From: Candidatus Omnitrophota bacterium
GTDB lineage: Bacteria > Omnitrophota > Gorgyraeia > Duberdicusellales > 4484-171
Assembly: GCA_016935525.1 (NCBI GenBank)
Contig: JAFGQU010000013.1
Span: 90,523-154,522 of the forward strand
DNA length: 64,000 nt
Direction: 5' to 3'
Within the stretch, counting starts at the first letter, position 1. Each line of letters begins with the position of its first letter. A program made the position numbers and the translations under genes. Of this stretch, positions 1 to 8,420 are shown in pieces. Under the pieces are notes generated by a model. The model was not told the origin of the DNA, ran no database searches, and worked only from the letters and a program-made list of their open reading frames with translations.

Positions 1-170
1 GGTTTCTGCGTAATATGGCCCGTAATATCGTGTCGTTCCTGGTGGAAGGAGGAGGATGCCGGATGTCTTTGGCCCGAGCCAGGGATGTGCTCGAAGGGAG
101 ATTCCCCTGGAAGAAGAAACCAGCTCCGGGGTACGGCCTGTATCTTTATAAAGTGAAATATTCCGGCTAA
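1..170 (+). CDS. truA: tRNA pseudouridine(38-40) synthase TruA, C-terminal part (runs off window start)
   Basis: Frame from nt 3 reads FLRNMARNIVSFL...KPAPGYGLYLYKVKYSG*, matching the TruA C-terminal FLxxMVRxIV and APxxGLxLxxVxY motifs; TAA at 168-170. Confidence 0.85.
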   Translation, partial: FLRNMARNIVSFLVEGGGCRMSLARARDVLEGRFPWKKKPAPGYGLYLYKVKYSG

Positions 171-223
171 AGCGGAAAAAAAGCCTTTAAAATAAAGGAT
201 AATTGGCCGGAGATATTTGTGTG

Positions 224-252
224 TTGACAATTTTATAAGGCTCTGTTATGAT
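224..252 (+). promoter_or_regulatory. sigma70-type promoter of the mre operon
   Basis: TTGACA (224-229), 17-nt spacer, TATGAT (247-252) with extended TG. Confidence 0.7.
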
Positions 253-270
253 TTTTATTAACTATTTGCT

Positions 271-1332
271 ATGGGACGCTTTACACAATATATCACAAAA
301 AGCATAAGTAGTTTCTTGGGAAGGTTTTCTAACGATGTAGGGATCGATCTGGGGACTGCAACTACGCTCGTCTATGTCCGGGGAGAAGGGATCATTCTTT
401 GTGAACCTTCGGTAGTGGCTATTTACAAAAATACCGGTGATGTGCTCGCGGTAGGCGAAGAAGCAAAGAAGATGTTAGGAAAGACTCCCGGGAGTATTGT
501 CGCGATACGTCCTTTAAAAGACGGAGTAATCGCCGATTTTAACATTACCGAAGAAATGTTGCGTTATTTTATCAAGAAAGCCCATTCCAGCCGTTTCCCT
601 ATCCGTCCCCGTATCGTAGTCGCTGTTCCTTCGGGTATTACCGAAGTAGAGAAACGGGCGGTAAAAGATTCGGCGATCCGTGCCGGAGCTCGCGAAGTGA
701 TACCGGTTGAAGAGCCGATTGCCGCCGCTATAGGAGTAGGCCTTCCTATCGCCGAACCGCAAGGAAATATGATCATCGATGTCGGCGGCGGGACGACCGA
801 GATCGCCGTGATTTCTCTTGGCGGTATCGTCTATGCCCGTTCGATCCGTGTCGGCGGCGATGAGATGGATGAAGCGGTCATGGAACATATGAAAAAGAAT
901 TATAATCTGATGATCGGAGAACGTACCGCGGAAGAAATAAAGATTAAAATAGGTTCAGCCTGGCCGTTAGATGAAGAGTTGATGATGGAAGTCCGCGGAC
1001 GGGATTTGATCACGGGGTTACCGAAGTTCACTCGTATTAATTCCGAAGAAATTAGAGAAGCGTTGCAGGCACCGTTAAGGGATATCGTTGAAGCCGCAAA
1101 GGTGACGTTAGAGAGGACTCCCCCGGAATTAGCCGCAGATCTGATCGAACGGGGAATCGTATTATGCGGCGGAGGGTCGATTTTGAAAGGTCTGGATAAA
1201 CTTATTTCGGAGGAGACCGGACTTGCCTGTTTTATTGCCGATGATCCTTTGACCGCGGTCGCCCAAGGAACCGGTAAGATTTTAGAAGAACCTAAGTTTT
1301 TAAAGAAGATCACGCTTGTTTCTACTTTCTAA
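271..1332 (+). CDS. mreB: Rod shape-determining protein MreB
   Basis: [37 protein letters not shown] and [10 protein letters not shown] motifs. Confidence 0.97.
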   Translation: MGRFTQYITKSISSFLGRFSNDVGIDLGTATTLVYVRGEGIILCEPSVVAIYKNTGDVLAVGEEAKKMLGKTPGSIVAIRPLKDGVIADFNITEEMLRYFIKKAHSSRFPIRPRIVVAVPSGITEVEKRAVKDSAIRAGAREVIPVEEPIAAAIGVGLPIAEPQGNMIIDVGGGTTEIAVISLGGIVYARSIRVGGDEMDEAVMEHMKKNYNLMIGERTAEEIKIKIGSAWPLDEELMMEVRGRDLITGLPKFTRINSEEIREALQAPLRDIVEAAKVTLERTPPELAADLIERGIVLCGGGSILKGLDKLISEETGLACFIADDPLTAVAQGTGKILEEPKFLKKITLVSTF

Positions 1333-2038
1333 GTTTCGATATAAACTTGTCGGATACGTCCTCCTTTCCCTTTTCCTTTTCCTGATTTTTAAAGAGAGTA
1401 TGGGCGTTTTGTTTATTTTCATGTCCCAGGGGCTGATCCGGCCTCAGGCCGATATGTCTTTATTGAACGACCTTAAAATAGAGAACATGATCTTGTCGCT
1501 TAAAGTCGAAGAATTAGATAGTTTAGCTCAGGAAAACGAGAAATTAAGGAAAGCGTTAGAACTTAAAGAAGAAAATAACATTGTGGTCATTTATGGCCGG
1601 ATCTGGGGGTTTTCTCCTACAGCCTGGCGGAAGATCGCGTTCTGTAGTGCCGGCAAAAGGCAGAATACCCGAAAAGAAAGCCTGGTTATTACCGAGGATA
1701 AACTTTTAATCGGTAAAGTCAGCGAAGTATTCGAAAATTATAGTACTATTCTTTTAATAAACGACCCTTATTTCTCTTTGCCGGTATTTATCGAAAAGAA
1801 GGGTATGGGATTATTACAGGGGACGTTGAGCGGCCATCCCAAAGTCTTATATATCGAAGCCGGACAAAATGTCTCACCCGGCGATGCCCTTTTTACCAGT
1901 TCCCAATATGTCCCGTTCCAGATAAAAGTAGGCAGTGTCAGTACCGTTGCCGAAGATCCCGACGACTTTTTTCTTAGAGTGGAGGCGACTCCTGATGCGC
2001 ATATCTCGTCGACCAGAGATGTTTTTATTATCCAATGA
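1316..2038 (+). CDS. mreC: Rod shape-determining protein MreC
   Basis: N-terminal TM segment, coiled coil ([14 protein letters not shown]), LIGKV..V...YSTILLIND; follows mreB. Confidence 0.88.
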   Translation: MFLLSKFRYKLVGYVLLSLFLFLIFKESMGVLFIFMSQGLIRPQADMSLLNDLKIENMILSLKVEELDSLAQENEKLRKALELKEENNIVVIYGRIWGFSPTAWRKIAFCSAGKRQNTRKESLVITEDKLLIGKVSEVFENYSTILLINDPYFSLPVFIEKKGMGLLQGTLSGHPKVLYIEAGQNVSPGDALFTSSQYVPFQIKVGSVSTVAEDPDDFFLRVEATPDAHISSTRDVFIIQ

Positions 2039-2490
2039 GACCGGTATATCTAAAATTATCCGTTGCGCTTTTATTCCTTCTCGGTATAGACTTTTTAAAT
2101 CCTTTCTTGTTCTCGCTTAAAGCCGAACTGCTTTACCTGGGGATACTCTTTATCGCTTTTCATAGTCCTATTGAATTCGCGCTTACGAACGCTTTGGTGC
2201 TGGGTCTTGTGAAAGACCGGTTAGTCTTTGCGCCGTTTCCGTTTTATACCGTTTTTTTCCTCATCACCTGTATCGGGATAGGCTATTTCGTAAAACATTT
2301 CCATCCGCGGGTTATAGTGAAGACGTTAGGGATTGCCGGTATCCTTTTGCTCTATGGGCTGTATAATAGTATACTGGTAGGGCAATTAAGTGTTAAGTTG
2401 TTAAGCCTTTTTATACTACAATCGATCGCTCTTTATCATCTGCTTCATTACATTATGTTCCAATGGATACACGATTTCTCCACAGGATAA
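2035..2490 (+). CDS. mreD: Rod shape-determining protein MreD (putative)
   Basis: 151-aa polytopic membrane protein between mreC and the PBP2 gene; LGLVKD motif. Confidence 0.75.
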   Translation: MRPVYLKLSVALLFLLGIDFLNPFLFSLKAELLYLGILFIAFHSPIEFALTNALVLGLVKDRLVFAPFPFYTVFFLITCIGIGYFVKHFHPRVIVKTLGIAGILLLYGLYNSILVGQLSVKLLSLFILQSIALYHLLHYIMFQWIHDFSTG

Positions 2491-4157
2491 TATTAGTCGG
2501 TTTTTTCATCCTGGTAGCTACTTTTTTTTGTTACCAGATCCAGCAGGGGGATTATTACCTTGAAAAAGCGAGGAATAATTATATCAAAATCGTCCCCTTC
2601 CCTTCCATGCGGGGCCGGATTCTTGACCGGCAAGGGAAAGTGCTTGCCTATGATAGCCCTATCTTTACCATTGCTGTCGTCCCGTATCAGATACGCCAGG
2701 ACCGGGATACGTTTTTCGAAGAGGTCTCTCAAATAACCGGTCAGGAACGGACACAGATCGAAAGTACGTATCAAAAGAATTTTCTCAACGTATTCTCTCC
2801 GGTAGATATTATCGAGGATATTCCGAAAGAAAAAGCCCTCAAGATAAAAGAAAAACTTAAAGGGCAGGTCACTATAAGGGCGTTACCCAGGAGGACCTAC
2901 GCGTTTGGTTATGAATATTCCCATATCCTCGGGTACGTGAAAGATGCGAAAATCGTTTACCGGGATTTAAAAGAGTACGGATATTCTCCTTTTGAACGGA
3001 CCGGGGTGGGGGGGATAGAGCAGTATTACGATAGTTATCTGAAAGGGACCGACGGAGCTGATTTGATCGAGGTGAATTCTAAAGGAGAGATGGTCGGATT
3101 TTTAGGCAAGACCCAGAAAGCAAAAGGGAGCGACCTTTCGCTTACCATCGATTCCCGTCTGCAGGCGCTCGCGTATGAATGTCTCGAAGGTCACCGAGGC
3201 GTCCTCATCTTGATGAACGCAAAAAACGGAGAGATGCTGGCTCTTGTTTCTCATCCTTCCTATAATGTGAACGATTTTTTAGAGGGTAAACACGTGTCGG
3301 CTATTCTTCATGATCGTAACAAACCGTTGATCAACCGGGCTATTCAGGCGAGATACCCTCCCGGTTCTCTATTCAAACCGCTGTTGGCGCTTGCCGCGCT
3401 CCAGGAGAAGGAAATAACTCCCCGGACTACTTTTTTCTGTAACGGAGGGATTTCTTACGGAAACGTATTTTTCGGCTGTACGAAACATCATGGTGATGAG
3501 AATATTTATCAAGCGTTAAGCCACTCCTGTAACGTGTATTTTTATAATATCGGGTTACTGTTAAAAGTAGAGAAATTAGCTCATTGGGCAAAACTGTTCC
3601 GTTTAGACCAGGAATGTTTTATCGATCTGCCTTATGAAAAAAAGGGACTTGTGCCTGACCGAAGATGGAAACGCCGAAAAAAGGGGACATCCTGGTTCGG
3701 AGGAGATACCCTGAATTTTTCTATCGGCCAGGGGTTTTTCGAAATCACGCCCCTGCGGGCCGCGGTGATGATGAACGTGTTCGCCTCGGGCGGAGAAATA
3801 GTGTTTCCGCATATCGGCCGGTTGATCGAGAATACCGAAATTCCTCATCGTAGCAGTATTCCGCTTAACGTATCCCCGGAAAACATCGCGATCGTTCGCC
3901 AGGGATTACGCAGGACCGTCTCTGACCCCGAAGGGACCGCTCATCTGTTGAATGAATTGGGATTGAAGATATCCGGTAAAACCGGAACGGCCCAGACCGG
4001 CCGGGAAGAATCACACGGATGGTTTGCCGGATTTTTTCCCTATAAAGGCTCCGAATATACAATATGTGTCTTTTTGGAATACGGGAAATCAAGCGCCGTG
4101 GCCGTAAAAGTAGCGTACCATTTCCTGGAACAATTGAAAGAAAAAGACCTGTTATGA
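2463..4157 (+). CDS. mrdA: Penicillin-binding protein 2
   Basis: RGRILDRQG dimerisation domain, YPPGSLFK (SxxK), SCNVYFY (SxN), KTGTAQ (KTG). Confidence 0.95.
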   Translation: MDTRFLHRIILVGFFILVATFFCYQIQQGDYYLEKARNNYIKIVPFPSMRGRILDRQGKVLAYDSPIFTIAVVPYQIRQDRDTFFEEVSQITGQERTQIESTYQKNFLNVFSPVDIIEDIPKEKALKIKEKLKGQVTIRALPRRTYAFGYEYSHILGYVKDAKIVYRDLKEYGYSPFERTGVGGIEQYYDSYLKGTDGADLIEVNSKGEMVGFLGKTQKAKGSDLSLTIDSRLQALAYECLEGHRGVLILMNAKNGEMLALVSHPSYNVNDFLEGKHVSAILHDRNKPLINRAIQARYPPGSLFKPLLALAALQEKEITPRTTFFCNGGISYGNVFFGCTKHHGDENIYQALSHSCNVYFYNIGLLLKVEKLAHWAKLFRLDQECFIDLPYEKKGLVPDRRWKRRKKGTSWFGGDTLNFSIGQGFFEITPLRAAVMMNVFASGGEIVFPHIGRLIENTEIPHRSSIPLNVSPENIAIVRQGLRRTVSDPEGTAHLLNELGLKISGKTGTAQTGREESHGWFAGFFPYKGSEYTICVFLEYGKSSAVAVKVAYHFLEQLKEKDLL

Positions 4158-5230
4158 AGAAAAACGCGCTTATGATCATCGGGTGTGTTCTCATCCTTAA
4201 TGTGTTGAGTATTCTTTGTCTGTATAGCTCGTTGCATCAGGCGGGAGAATTTGTCCATAAAGATATTTTTTATAAACAGATCGTCTGGATCGCCGTTTCC
4301 TGGATCGTCGTCGGTATCGTGGGGTTTATCAACTACCGGGTATATTTCGATTTTAGTTTTATTATTTACGGAATAAGTCTGGGGTTATTGATCGCGGTCA
4401 AGTTTTTCGGTAGAGAAGTGATGGGGGCTAAACGGTGGTTTTCGTTTTTAGGGGTAAATTTTCAACCTTCGGAATTTGCTAAACTGGCGATTTTGATCCT
4501 TTTGGCCCGGTTTTTCTGGCTGAAACGAGAAGAACGAAACCTGTTTCTCAAAAAAGTAATGGCGCCGTTAGGATTGGTATTCGTAAGTTTCCTGTTGATC
4601 TTTACACAACCGGATCTGGGTACGGGACTGGTCTGTGTGCTTTTATTTTTTATCATGGGTTTTTCGTCGCGTATCCCTAAAAAATATTTTTTTGTTCTTC
4701 TGATTTCCGGGATGATCCTTGCTCCGTTTGGCTGGAATGTCCTTAAAGATTATCAAAAGAAACGGTTACTGGTGTTTTTGAACCCGAATATCGAACCGTG
4801 GGGGGCGGGATATACCATTATTCAGTCTAAGATCGCTATCGGATCCGGCCGGATCACCGGAAAAGGATTTTTGGGCGGTACTCAAAACCAGTTCAATTTT
4901 CTTCCCGAACGGCATACCGATTTTATTTTCACGGTATTGGCTGAAGAATGGGGATTTCTCGGCGGATTGTTTCTTGTGATCGTCTACTACCTGATATTGA
5001 GGAATATCCTGATGATCGCGCGCGGAGCAAAAGATGAGTTCGGTTATTTTTTAGCGATAGGGGTAGGTTCGTTATATTTTTTACATATTTTTGTTAATAT
5101 GGGAATGACGATGGGGATCCTTCCGGTAGTAGGTATCCCGCTGCTTTTTTTGAGTTATGGCGGGACCCATATGATGATGACATTTGTCCTTCTGGGGATT
5201 GTGTTTAATATCACCCGGCAACAGAGCTAG
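4154..5230 (+). CDS. rodA: Rod shape-determining protein RodA (SEDS glycosyltransferase)
   Basis: GAKRW, QPSEFAK, QPDLGT, FLPERHTDFIF, LSYGG; ATG 4154 overlaps the mrdA TGA. Confidence 0.95.
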   Translation: MKKNALMIIGCVLILNVLSILCLYSSLHQAGEFVHKDIFYKQIVWIAVSWIVVGIVGFINYRVYFDFSFIIYGISLGLLIAVKFFGREVMGAKRWFSFLGVNFQPSEFAKLAILILLARFFWLKREERNLFLKKVMAPLGLVFVSFLLIFTQPDLGTGLVCVLLFFIMGFSSRIPKKYFFVLLISGMILAPFGWNVLKDYQKKRLLVFLNPNIEPWGAGYTIIQSKIAIGSGRITGKGFLGGTQNQFNFLPERHTDFIFTVLAEEWGFLGGLFLVIVYYLILRNILMIARGAKDEFGYFLAIGVGSLYFLHIFVNMGMTMGILPVVGIPLLFLSYGGTHMMMTFVLLGIVFNITRQQS

Positions 5231-5234
5231 AACC

Positions 5235-5334
5235 AAAGTCACAAGGTCACATAGTCACATGTCACACGTTGAAACCAGATTCAGGGGGAAATATTCTTTT
5301 ACGTGTGACTATGTGTCGTGTGACGTGTGACTTT
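5235..5334. repeat. Inverted pair of 7-8-mer GTCACA tandem arrays (empty hairpin)
   Basis: Left AAAGTCACAAGGTCACATAGTCACATGTCACACGT (5235-5269); right ACGTGTGACTATGTGTCGTGTGACGTGTGACTTT (5301-5334). Confidence 0.92.
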
Positions 5335-5342
5335 CGTAAATT

Positions 5343-6983
5343 ATGGATTGGGCTCAATTTCAAAAACCTCAACGGTATATAGGTAATGAATGGAACGCAG
5401 TCTCTAAACCTCATGACGGCAGGCTGAAAATCTGTCTATGTTTTCCGGACCTGTATGAGGTGGGGATGAGTAATCTGGGGTTAAGGATCATTTACGGCCT
5501 GATCAATGAATATGAATCGGCGGTATGCGAACGGGTATTCCTGCCGGCTCCCGATCTAGCCGGATATCTTACACAGACCGGGACCAAGCTGTTTTCTTTG
5601 GAAAGTAAGGCCGCTTTGGATACGTTCGATGTAGTAGGTTTCCATTTAGGATGTGAATTGAATTTTACTAATTTTCTGGCTGTATTAGAACTTGCCGGTA
5701 TCCCTTTTGAACCTTCTCGGCGTCGTGATATCATCGTGATGGCCGGAGGATTGGTCAATCCTGAGCCAATCGCGCCTTTTGTCGATGTGTTTTTTTTAGG
5801 CGAGTTTGAAGCAAAAGCCGAGGAGTTTATGGAAGTGTTGAAACGCTATAAAGGCCGTGAGGCACGTTTAGAGGCGTTTGCTCATATCGAAGGGTTTTAT
5901 GTGCCGGCTTATTATGAGGTCGCGACGGGAGAGGGAGGGGCCCGTTTGGTACCGAAAACCCCTAGTGTGCAATTTCCGCTTAAAAAAGTGCATGTAAAAG
6001 ATCTGAATACTTCTTATTATCCTACCCGCTGGCTTACTCCTTATACTCAGATCGTGCATGATCGGGCACCGATTGAGATCGCTCGGGGATGTCCCCACCA
6101 CTGTTATTTTTGTCAGGCCCGGTGTGTATATTTCCCTTATCGTGAAAAAAAAACGGAATACGTGTTAACCCAGATGGAAGAGATATACGCATCAAGCGGT
6201 TATGAGAATCTTTCTTTATTGGCTCTTTCAGCATCGCATCACTCTCAAATAGAAGAGATCATCGACGGGGCCGGGAAATTATTTAAGGAAAAGCGGGTAG
6301 GGATCGCGCTCCCTTCATTACGGGTCGATGATATCGTCGGCCGGTTATATCCCCGCCTGGCGGCATTGAAAAAAGTTTCGCTCACTCTTGCCGTTGAAGC
6401 CGCGACCGTCGAGTTACGGGAAAAAATCAACAAACATATTGATGTCGACGCGGTCTTTGAAGCCAGAGATGTGTTACGGTCGCTGCGTCTGCGCACTATC
6501 AAGCTCTATTTTATGTTCGGGTTACCCGGGGAGACTGATGAGGATGTGGTCGCGATCGCTCAGATGATCCGTAGCTTTCAGAGGGCGTTAGGGGTAAAAG
6601 TGAACGCGAGTATCAACATCTTTATCCCTAAACCTTTTTCCCGGTTCCAGGATGTCGCTATGGATAGCCCCGAAAACTTGAGGCGTAAACGGCAGTTGAT
6701 CCAAAAAGAGTTGGGTTCGTTTCCTTTACGACGGTACCATATTTCATTTTCGACCCAGGAACGCAGTTTCCTGGAAGCGGTCCTTTCCCGGGCCGGGAGA
6801 GAGATCGCTCCGGTGATCTTCCGGGCGTTTGTCGCGGGAGCGCGGTCCGATTCCTGTGAGGAGACCTTTCGTTGGGATATCTGGGAGGAGGCGTTCCGAG
6901 ATGAAAAAATAGATTTCCGGCAGTATACCACATCGGTACATCCGCGGTTCAATCCTCACTATACCGCGGGAGGAGCCGTATGA
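5343..6983 (+). CDS. B12-binding-like radical SAM protein (TIGR03960-type)
   Basis: KPQRYIGNEWN, FPDLYEVGMSNLG, EIARGCPHHCYFCQA (CxxxCxxC). Confidence 0.9.
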   Translation: MDWAQFQKPQRYIGNEWNAVSKPHDGRLKICLCFPDLYEVGMSNLGLRIIYGLINEYESAVCERVFLPAPDLAGYLTQTGTKLFSLESKAALDTFDVVGFHLGCELNFTNFLAVLELAGIPFEPSRRRDIIVMAGGLVNPEPIAPFVDVFFLGEFEAKAEEFMEVLKRYKGREARLEAFAHIEGFYVPAYYEVATGEGGARLVPKTPSVQFPLKKVHVKDLNTSYYPTRWLTPYTQIVHDRAPIEIARGCPHHCYFCQARCVYFPYREKKTEYVLTQMEEIYASSGYENLSLLALSASHHSQIEEIIDGAGKLFKEKRVGIALPSLRVDDIVGRLYPRLAALKKVSLTLAVEAATVELREKINKHIDVDAVFEARDVLRSLRLRTIKLYFMFGLPGETDEDVVAIAQMIRSFQRALGVKVNASINIFIPKPFSRFQDVAMDSPENLRRKRQLIQKELGSFPLRRYHISFSTQERSFLEAVLSRAGREIAPVIFRAFVAGARSDSCEETFRWDIWEEAFRDEKIDFRQYTTSVHPRFNPHYTAGGAV

Positions 6984-7264
6984 ACACATTGAAGGTGACT
7001 ATCCAGAAAAGCGGGTTAATGCGTTATTATTCTCAACTCGACCTGGTACGCATTCTTGAACGAGCGGCCCGACGGACAGACCTTCCTTTTGCCTTCACGC
7101 AAGGATTTACTCCGCGCCTTAAAATAAGTTTCCATAACGGCCTCAAACTGGGAGTGGAAGGAGATATCCTGGCCACTTTTTATTTTCATGAAGAGACCTC
7201 TTTTGTGCGGTTAGAGGAAAACCTCTTACCGCAATTGCCGCACGGACTCATCCTTAAACCATAG
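6980..7264 (+). CDS. Radical SAM-linked protein (TIGR03936/DUF2344-type), short form
   Basis: KSGLMRYYSQLDLVRILERAARRTDLPFAFTQGFTPRLKISF; adjacent to the TIGR03960-type gene. Confidence 0.85.
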   Translation: MNTLKVTIQKSGLMRYYSQLDLVRILERAARRTDLPFAFTQGFTPRLKISFHNGLKLGVEGDILATFYFHEETSFVRLEENLLPQLPHGLILKP

Positions 7265-7327
7265 GCTTTGAAAAAACCGGATTGTAAAGTGAAGGAATCA
7301 AAGTTGACGTATCATCCGACCTTGATC

Positions 7328-7690
7328 TCAACGGATAAGATAACGAGCGGTCATTTTTTTCGCTTTAAAGAATTTACGGGTGAATTCCTTGGCGAGTTCC
7401 TTATTGTATTTCTTGCAGGAAAAGATATTGATGTATGCCGACCGCCAGAGGTCTGAGAAATGGCCGGTGATAGATGAGGTTTCGATCAGCTGGACTAACG
7501 AATAACCTGCGGTGACCGGGTTCTTTTCGCCGAAGTAAGGTAATAGAGTCTTGCCGTACTTCTTCATTTTGATCTTTTTGCATAACAGGTCGACATATTT
7601 CTGTAATTGTTTTTTCGAGGTGATGATGCTCTTGTCGCATTCAAAAAGATTCAATACCAGTTCGTACCCAAAAGGAGCTCGTTTCTTCAT
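7328..7690 (-). CDS. speD: Pyruvoyl-dependent S-adenosylmethionine decarboxylase-family proenzyme (SpeD-like; substrate uncertain)
   Basis: FGYELVLNLFEC, GYSLVQLIETSSITGHF autocleavage region, AYINIFSCK; RBS AGAAAGGGGG. Confidence 0.85.
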   Translation of the reverse strand: MKKRAPFGYELVLNLFECDKSIITSKKQLQKYVDLLCKKIKMKKYGKTLLPYFGEKNPVTAGYSLVQLIETSSITGHFSDLWRSAYINIFSCKKYNKELAKEFTRKFFKAKKMTARYLIR

Positions 7691-7720
7691 GTTACCCCCT
7701 TTCTAGCGTACCTGTTTCCA

Positions 7721-7966
7721 TTACGCTGAAATGTGGTTGTGCGGGTTGTGATACCGCGCTTTTAAAAATAAACTACTACTTTCTCCCGGGAAAAATACTG
7801 AAGAAAAATAACTGGTTTTTTTTGTGTGTAGGGAAATTTTTTTTATCTGGGAAGGAAAATCACGAATCAGAACGCGCCACAGTGTTTCTGTAACACGTAG
7901 GTCAGAACAATTGACGCTATTGTTAATGGAACAATTTGCGTTTTTGGTACAAAAGTTTTTTTTCAT
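7721..7966 (-). CDS. Putative leader/upstream ORF of the speD-like gene (81 aa)
   Basis: Open frame in AT-rich DNA between a candidate promoter and speD; ends 30 nt before the speD ATG; stop lies in an RBS-sequestering hairpin. Confidence 0.5.
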   Translation of the reverse strand: MKKNFCTKNANCSINNSVNCSDLRVTETLWRVLIRDFPSQIKKISLHTKKTSYFSSVFFPGESSSLFLKARYHNPHNHISA

Positions 7967-8007
7967 TCCCTCTGATCTGGTCTTGCATAAAATTCGTAAT
8001 TTTCTAT

Positions 8008-8036
8008 ATAATAAACCAAAATTAAAAATTTAGCAA
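8008..8036 (-). promoter_or_regulatory. Candidate sigma70 promoter for uORF-speD
   Basis: Minus strand TTGCTA-N17-TATTAT. Confidence 0.5.
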
Positions 8037-8052
8037 GAGAAAAATTAAATTT

Positions 8053-8080
8053 TTGTCGATCTCCATATCTTTGATATAAT
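8053..8080 (+). promoter_or_regulatory. Candidate sigma70 extended -10 promoter for the downstream operon
   Basis: TTGTCG-N16-TATAAT with TGn extension. Confidence 0.5.
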
Positions 8081-8120
8081 AGCCTTTGTCTGGAAAGGAT
8101 CCTTTGGTAAGGACTCAATA

Positions 8121-8420
8121 ATGGATACTCAAGAAAAGTATACTCAATATCTCGAGAAGAAAGAACAGGAATGGGAAAACCGGTGTATTCGTTGCGGAGC
8201 CTGTTGCGGGGCGTATGAGGACCCTTGCGAGCATTTGCGTAAGGACGAACAGGGGTATTATTGTCCGATCTATAAAGACCGTTTCGGCCTGCGTAAGACC
8301 GTCAACGGCGAGGAGTTCTACTGCGTCCCGGTGAAAGAGATCCTTTCGGAATCCTGGCCGGGTTCATATCGCTGTGCCTATAAAAAGAAAGCACATTATT
8401 ATGCCAGATCACGTAAATGA
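8121..8420 (+). CDS. YkgJ-like CxxCxxCC cysteine-cluster protein
   Basis: CIRCGACCG...PCEHL...YYCPIYKDR; RBS AAGGA. Confidence 0.8.
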   Translation: MDTQEKYTQYLEKKEQEWENRCIRCGACCGAYEDPCEHLRKDEQGYYCPIYKDRFGLRKTVNGEEFYCVPVKEILSESWPGSYRCAYKKKAHYYARSRK

